From positions 32,001 to 96,000 of IMG/VR virus record IMGVR_UViG_3300009149_000016: a DNA stretch of 64,000 bases. One strand, written 5' to 3'. This document shows, piece by piece, positions 61,021-64,000 of this stretch. Position 1 is the stretch's first letter. Every line of letters begins with the position of its first letter. This DNA is from a virus. The translations under genes and the position numbers were made by a program. Under the pieces are notes generated by a model. The model did no database searches, was not told where the DNA came from, and was given only the letters and a program-made list of their open reading frames with translations.

Positions 61021-64000
61021 CTAGTCGATCAGCACCTTCATGGATGCGGTTTTAACATCTCGGACGATTCTGTACGTGTGGTAGGCACCGTCCAGGAAGT
61101 CGAATGTGACCGACCCGAGGATGTTACCATTGTTAAGGTCCAGAACCTTGACGAATCGCTCGCCCGTGATGGCATCCGTGATGAAAGCCACGCCTAGTGT
61201 CACGCCGGGACTACTCGTTCCGAATCGAATCTGAGAATCACCAAATCCGAGCGTCGTGTCTTGCAAAACCCGAATTCGGAAGGTGACTTCACTCTGCAAA
61301 CTGATCGCGTCGAGTAGCGGGGTGTTGTTCTTGTAAACCGTGCGTGTTCCGACCGTGTCCGTACCGTACGTCAAGACTCCTGAAAAAGCCGACGCATTGA
61401 CATGAGTTGGGTCATCGCTTTCAAGCTCCCAGGGGGTGGGGGCCGTGGTGTCATTTTGGGGCAGCACACTTCCGTCGTAGGTGAAACAGACATTGTGCTG
61501 ATAGTTGAATCCGCCGATGTCCGGCGAGCAACTGTCACAAATTGGCGAGAGCAGATCCTCTTCACCCGTCGTTTGCTCGATGACGTCCAAGCAATTGTAC
61601 AAGACGTCGTCAGGAACAATGATCTCGATACGCTGCGTGGCGTCGTTGAGGGTAAAGTCGCCGTCGTTGTTGAGAAGATCCTCGATCGCGTTGATCTGAG
61701 AGATAGGAACGAACGTCGGCTGCGGGTTCCGAACCTCGTAGGTCTGCGTGAGGGGAACCAGGGGGGTGCCTTCGTTGAGCACCGTGTACGCAATCAGATC
61801 GGGGTCCTCAAGGAAGTCAGGAGCCTTCTTTGGTGGAATCCCCGTCGAGCAACTCATGTAGCCCGTATGGTCGTGCGGGATGGTCGTTCGAAGATGCTCT
61901 GGGCTCGCAACCACGTTCCACTGATTGAGGGTCTGGTGGTGCGGAGCGATTCGAAGCTCGGTCACCGAGCGCGTCACGCCGTAGCGCACGAAGTCCCAAG
62001 ACGTTTGCGAAAGCTCTGAAGCCGAGAAGGCTCCAAAGGCCACCGCTGGCAAGCCCGCCACCATTGATCGGATGATGCCCGCCGTCGAGGGGGGTAAGTC
62101 GATCTGGTTGTAGCCCGTCAGGATGAGAGGGTCGGGGTCTGTGTTCAAGTAGATCCCGATCCCGCCGCCCGGGTCACGCACAATGCGGTATCGATTCTGT
62201 ACCGACCAATCCGTTTCGGCTGGAATCCGGTAATCGACTTCGCTTGGAGACAGCGGGAAGGCCGTCAGGACCGTAAGGGTTTGCTCGCCCGTGACGGCTG
62301 CGATCTCGTAGACGCCCTTGTTGGGGCCATCATTCACCACGAGGGGGTCACCAGCCACAACGTTATCTGTGAGGAACATCGCTTGCGTGTCCTCAAGACC
62401 CATCGAAACAATTCGAGCATTCCGCCCCGACGCCTTGAGGGGCAAGTGGTATCCGATGAGGCTGTCACCATCGGCCCCTCGCCAAAGACCCACGTACTTT
62501 TTAACGTCTGGCAGGATCCGCCAGGCGTTGCAGTAGTTCCAATCGACGCTCGACACGGCTCCCATGGAAATGGACGTCGAGCTTCCGAACCGAACATCAC
62601 CAACTGGGTCAAGTCCCGGGGAGGAGAACAAGGAATAGGCCACGCTCCCGACGAACACGGCATCCACGAACAGACTGACGAGATCTCCCGCAGTGTCCTT
62701 GCGGATGCGGTACGTGTGTGGGGCGTCGTCCAACCATTCGAAGGGGAACGTCACCACGCTCGTGCCATCCGACATCAAGTCGACGTATCGAGTCCCCGCC
62801 ACCTCTGTGAGCATGATGCCCACCGACCGGATCGAGTCGTAGACTTGAGCCATCGTCCCGGCAAAGCCGCCAGCATCGGGGATGTAGCTGTCCACCCGGC
62901 ACCGGAACTCCAAGACGTAGTCATACAGGTGGGAAACGACCCGAGCGTCGTCATTGGCCGGGGCGTTATCTTCGATGTGGTAGATGAGCCCATCCACCGT
63001 TGAAGCATCGTCGATCCGGAGAAGCCGCCCGACCATGGAAGCCGGCTGGGTTCCAAGATCCGTCCAAGCGTAGGGCGTGAAGTCCGTTGGGAAGCTTCGC
63101 CCGCCGTAGCTGATCAAAGGCGCCTTGCGGTCTGACAGGAAGCTCAATTGGGTCAGGAGCGTCCCATCGTCCACCGCAGCCATCACAGCATGTGGGTCGA
63201 ACCCGTGGGTCCAGGACCGGAAGGACAGTGCAACGTCGAGCACGACATCGCTTGAAGCTAGAAGTAGAGGTTCCGCACGGACGAACCCTTTGAAGTTCCC
63301 TTCTATAAGGCCCACGGAAGCGTCCGATCCACTGGTCGAATCAAGAATCAGGAAATCCGTCGCCAGGATTGTCTCTGTTCCATGCGAGCCCACCGGGGTC
63401 CAAGGGGTTGCCGCCTCTTCCGGAACGTAGTTCGCCTCGTACTTGACGAAGATGCTCGGCACCGACTCTTGGGGGTTGGTCGGCAGGATGATGTAGCGGA
63501 AGAAATCCCACGTGCTCTGGTTGCGTGCCGGCCTCGACAGTGAACCGAAGAATACGCCCTGAAGCTCACCGAAGGGGTCGTTCACCTCATGAAGGAATGG
63601 AAGGTCACTTTCCTGCACATGAAGGAACTCGACGATGCTTCCGTCGACGTAGACCCGCACGGTGCCGTCTCGGTCCCGGAAGATTCGGTAGCTTCGAAGG
63701 ATTGACCAATCGAGATCTGCCGGAAGAACTGTTGGATCCCCATTGCCGTCGATCCCACCAACCCACGCGTCCACTTCGGCGATGTCCACGAACCCTTGCT
63801 TCAGAACGCCGAGCTTGGGCACGCCACCGTCCAAGAGGTAGCCGATGACCAAAGCTCGTTCAGCGTTCGAATAGCCCGCTGCAACGCCTGTGAAGACGCC
63901 ATTGGGCTCGGTGACCAAGTCGAGCGTCCCCCGCCATGACGCTGCGAACGCATGGGAGAACGTCAGGTCAACCTCACGTGTCCAATACAAAGGCTGCCCG
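61021..64000 (-). CDS. Large structural protein with repeated ConA/LamG-like modules (5' end outside the window)
   Basis: Frame open to the window edge; four YRI.[RK]D...V.[VL]..D-type repeats. Confidence 0.75.
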   Translation of the reverse strand, partial: GQPLYWTREVDLTFSHAFAASWRGTLDLVTEPNGVFTGVAAGYSNAERALVIGYLLDGGVPKLGVLKQGFVDIAEVDAWVGGIDGNGDPTVLPADLDWSILRSYRIFRDRDGTVRVYVDGSIVEFLHVQESDLPFLHEVNDPFGELQGVFFGSLSRPARNQSTWDFFRYIILPTNPQESVPSIFVKYEANYVPEEAATPWTPVGSHGTETILATDFLILDSTSGSDASVGLIEGNFKGFVRAEPLLLASSDVVLDVALSFRSWTHGFDPHAVMAAVDDGTLLTQLSFLSDRKAPLISYGGRSFPTDFTPYAWTDLGTQPASMVGRLLRIDDASTVDGLIYHIEDNAPANDDARVVSHLYDYVLEFRCRVDSYIPDAGGFAGTMAQVYDSIRSVGIMLTEVAGTRYVDLMSDGTSVVTFPFEWLDDAPHTYRIRKDTAGDLVSLFVDAVFVGSVAYSLFSSPGLDPVGDVRFGSSTSISMGAVSSVDWNYCNAWRILPDVKKYVGLWRGADGDSLIGYHLPLKASGRNARIVSMGLEDTQAMFLTDNVVAGDPLVVNDGPNKGVYEIAAVTGEQTLTVLTAFPLSPSEVDYRIPAETDWSVQNRYRIVRDPGGGIGIYLNTDPDPLILTGYNQIDLPPSTAGIIRSMVAGLPAVAFGAFSASELSQTSWDFVRYGVTRSVTELRIAPHHQTLNQWNVVASPEHLRTTIPHDHTGYMSCSTGIPPKKAPDFLEDPDLIAYTVLNEGTPLVPLTQTYEVRNPQPTFVPISQINAIEDLLNNDGDFTLNDATQRIEIIVPDDVLYNCLDVIEQTTGEEDLLSPICDSCSPDIGGFNYQHNVCFTYDGSVLPQNDTTAPTPWELESDDPTHVNASAFSGVLTYGTDTVGTRTVYKNNTPLLDAISLQSEVTFRIRVLQDTTLGFGDSQIRFGTSSPGVTLGVAFITDAITGERFVKVLDLNNGNILGSVTFDFLDGAYHTYRIVRDVKTASMKVLID

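Noticed and set aside
1-64000. Genome-wide TAG recoding (genetic code 15)
   Set aside because: Many genes end in TAG followed by an out-of-frame or convergent gene (e.g. 674, 12210, 16659, 35893), and long genes are intact in code 11; only 1745-1747 looks read through
1-64000. tRNA, rRNA, integrase or IS elements
   Set aside because: Intergenic gaps are short and none showed a cloverleaf, rRNA-like sequence, transposase or terminal repeats on inspection; tRNAscan was not run

Overview
A 64 kb internal fragment of a large (probably jumbo) tailed dsDNA bacteriophage with high GC content. It is gene-dense and almost entirely minus-strand. There are no rRNA, tRNA or CRISPR features and no block of host core genes. 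Left part (1-29 kb): accessory and host-takeover genes, including a TopIB-like topoisomerase, DHH phosphoesterase, DUF1848, Rnl2-like RNA ligase, ClpX, nitrilase-family hydrolase, zincin-like protein, tRNA nucleotidyltransferase, DHFR, ThyA, 5'-nucleotidase and a Ycf46-like AAA/DUF1257/DUF2997 trio. Middle (29-39.5 kb): a replication block with an intein-containing family A DNA polymerase, stand-alone CHC2 zinc finger, DnaB-like helicase, SNF2 helicase and MazG-like protein. Right part (39.6-64 kb): membrane genes and very large tail/baseplate-type genes. Five patterns are not explained by standard annotation. (1) A short helical peptide tag, [AV]-x-R-[VI]-A-x-R-[YFW], occurs 9 times (including two looser variants) at termini or domain boundaries of unrelated proteins, a candidate virion cargo-addressing system. 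(2) One in-frame TAG separates what reads as a single ~692-aa tagged polyprotein ending in the topoisomerase. (3) Three tandem hairpins carry an identical ACAACUCAAC loop on different, covarying stems at the structural/replication junction. (4) Two promoter-like DNA motifs: GGTGTAR-N8/9-start (12 copies, probably leaderless transcripts) and TTGATY-N17-TTAGAR (5 copies, at least one before every plus-strand island). (5) A second peptide motif, PTIW[EN]R[LI], closes several unrelated proteins or domains. All family assignments come from motif recognition by eye; no searches were run.
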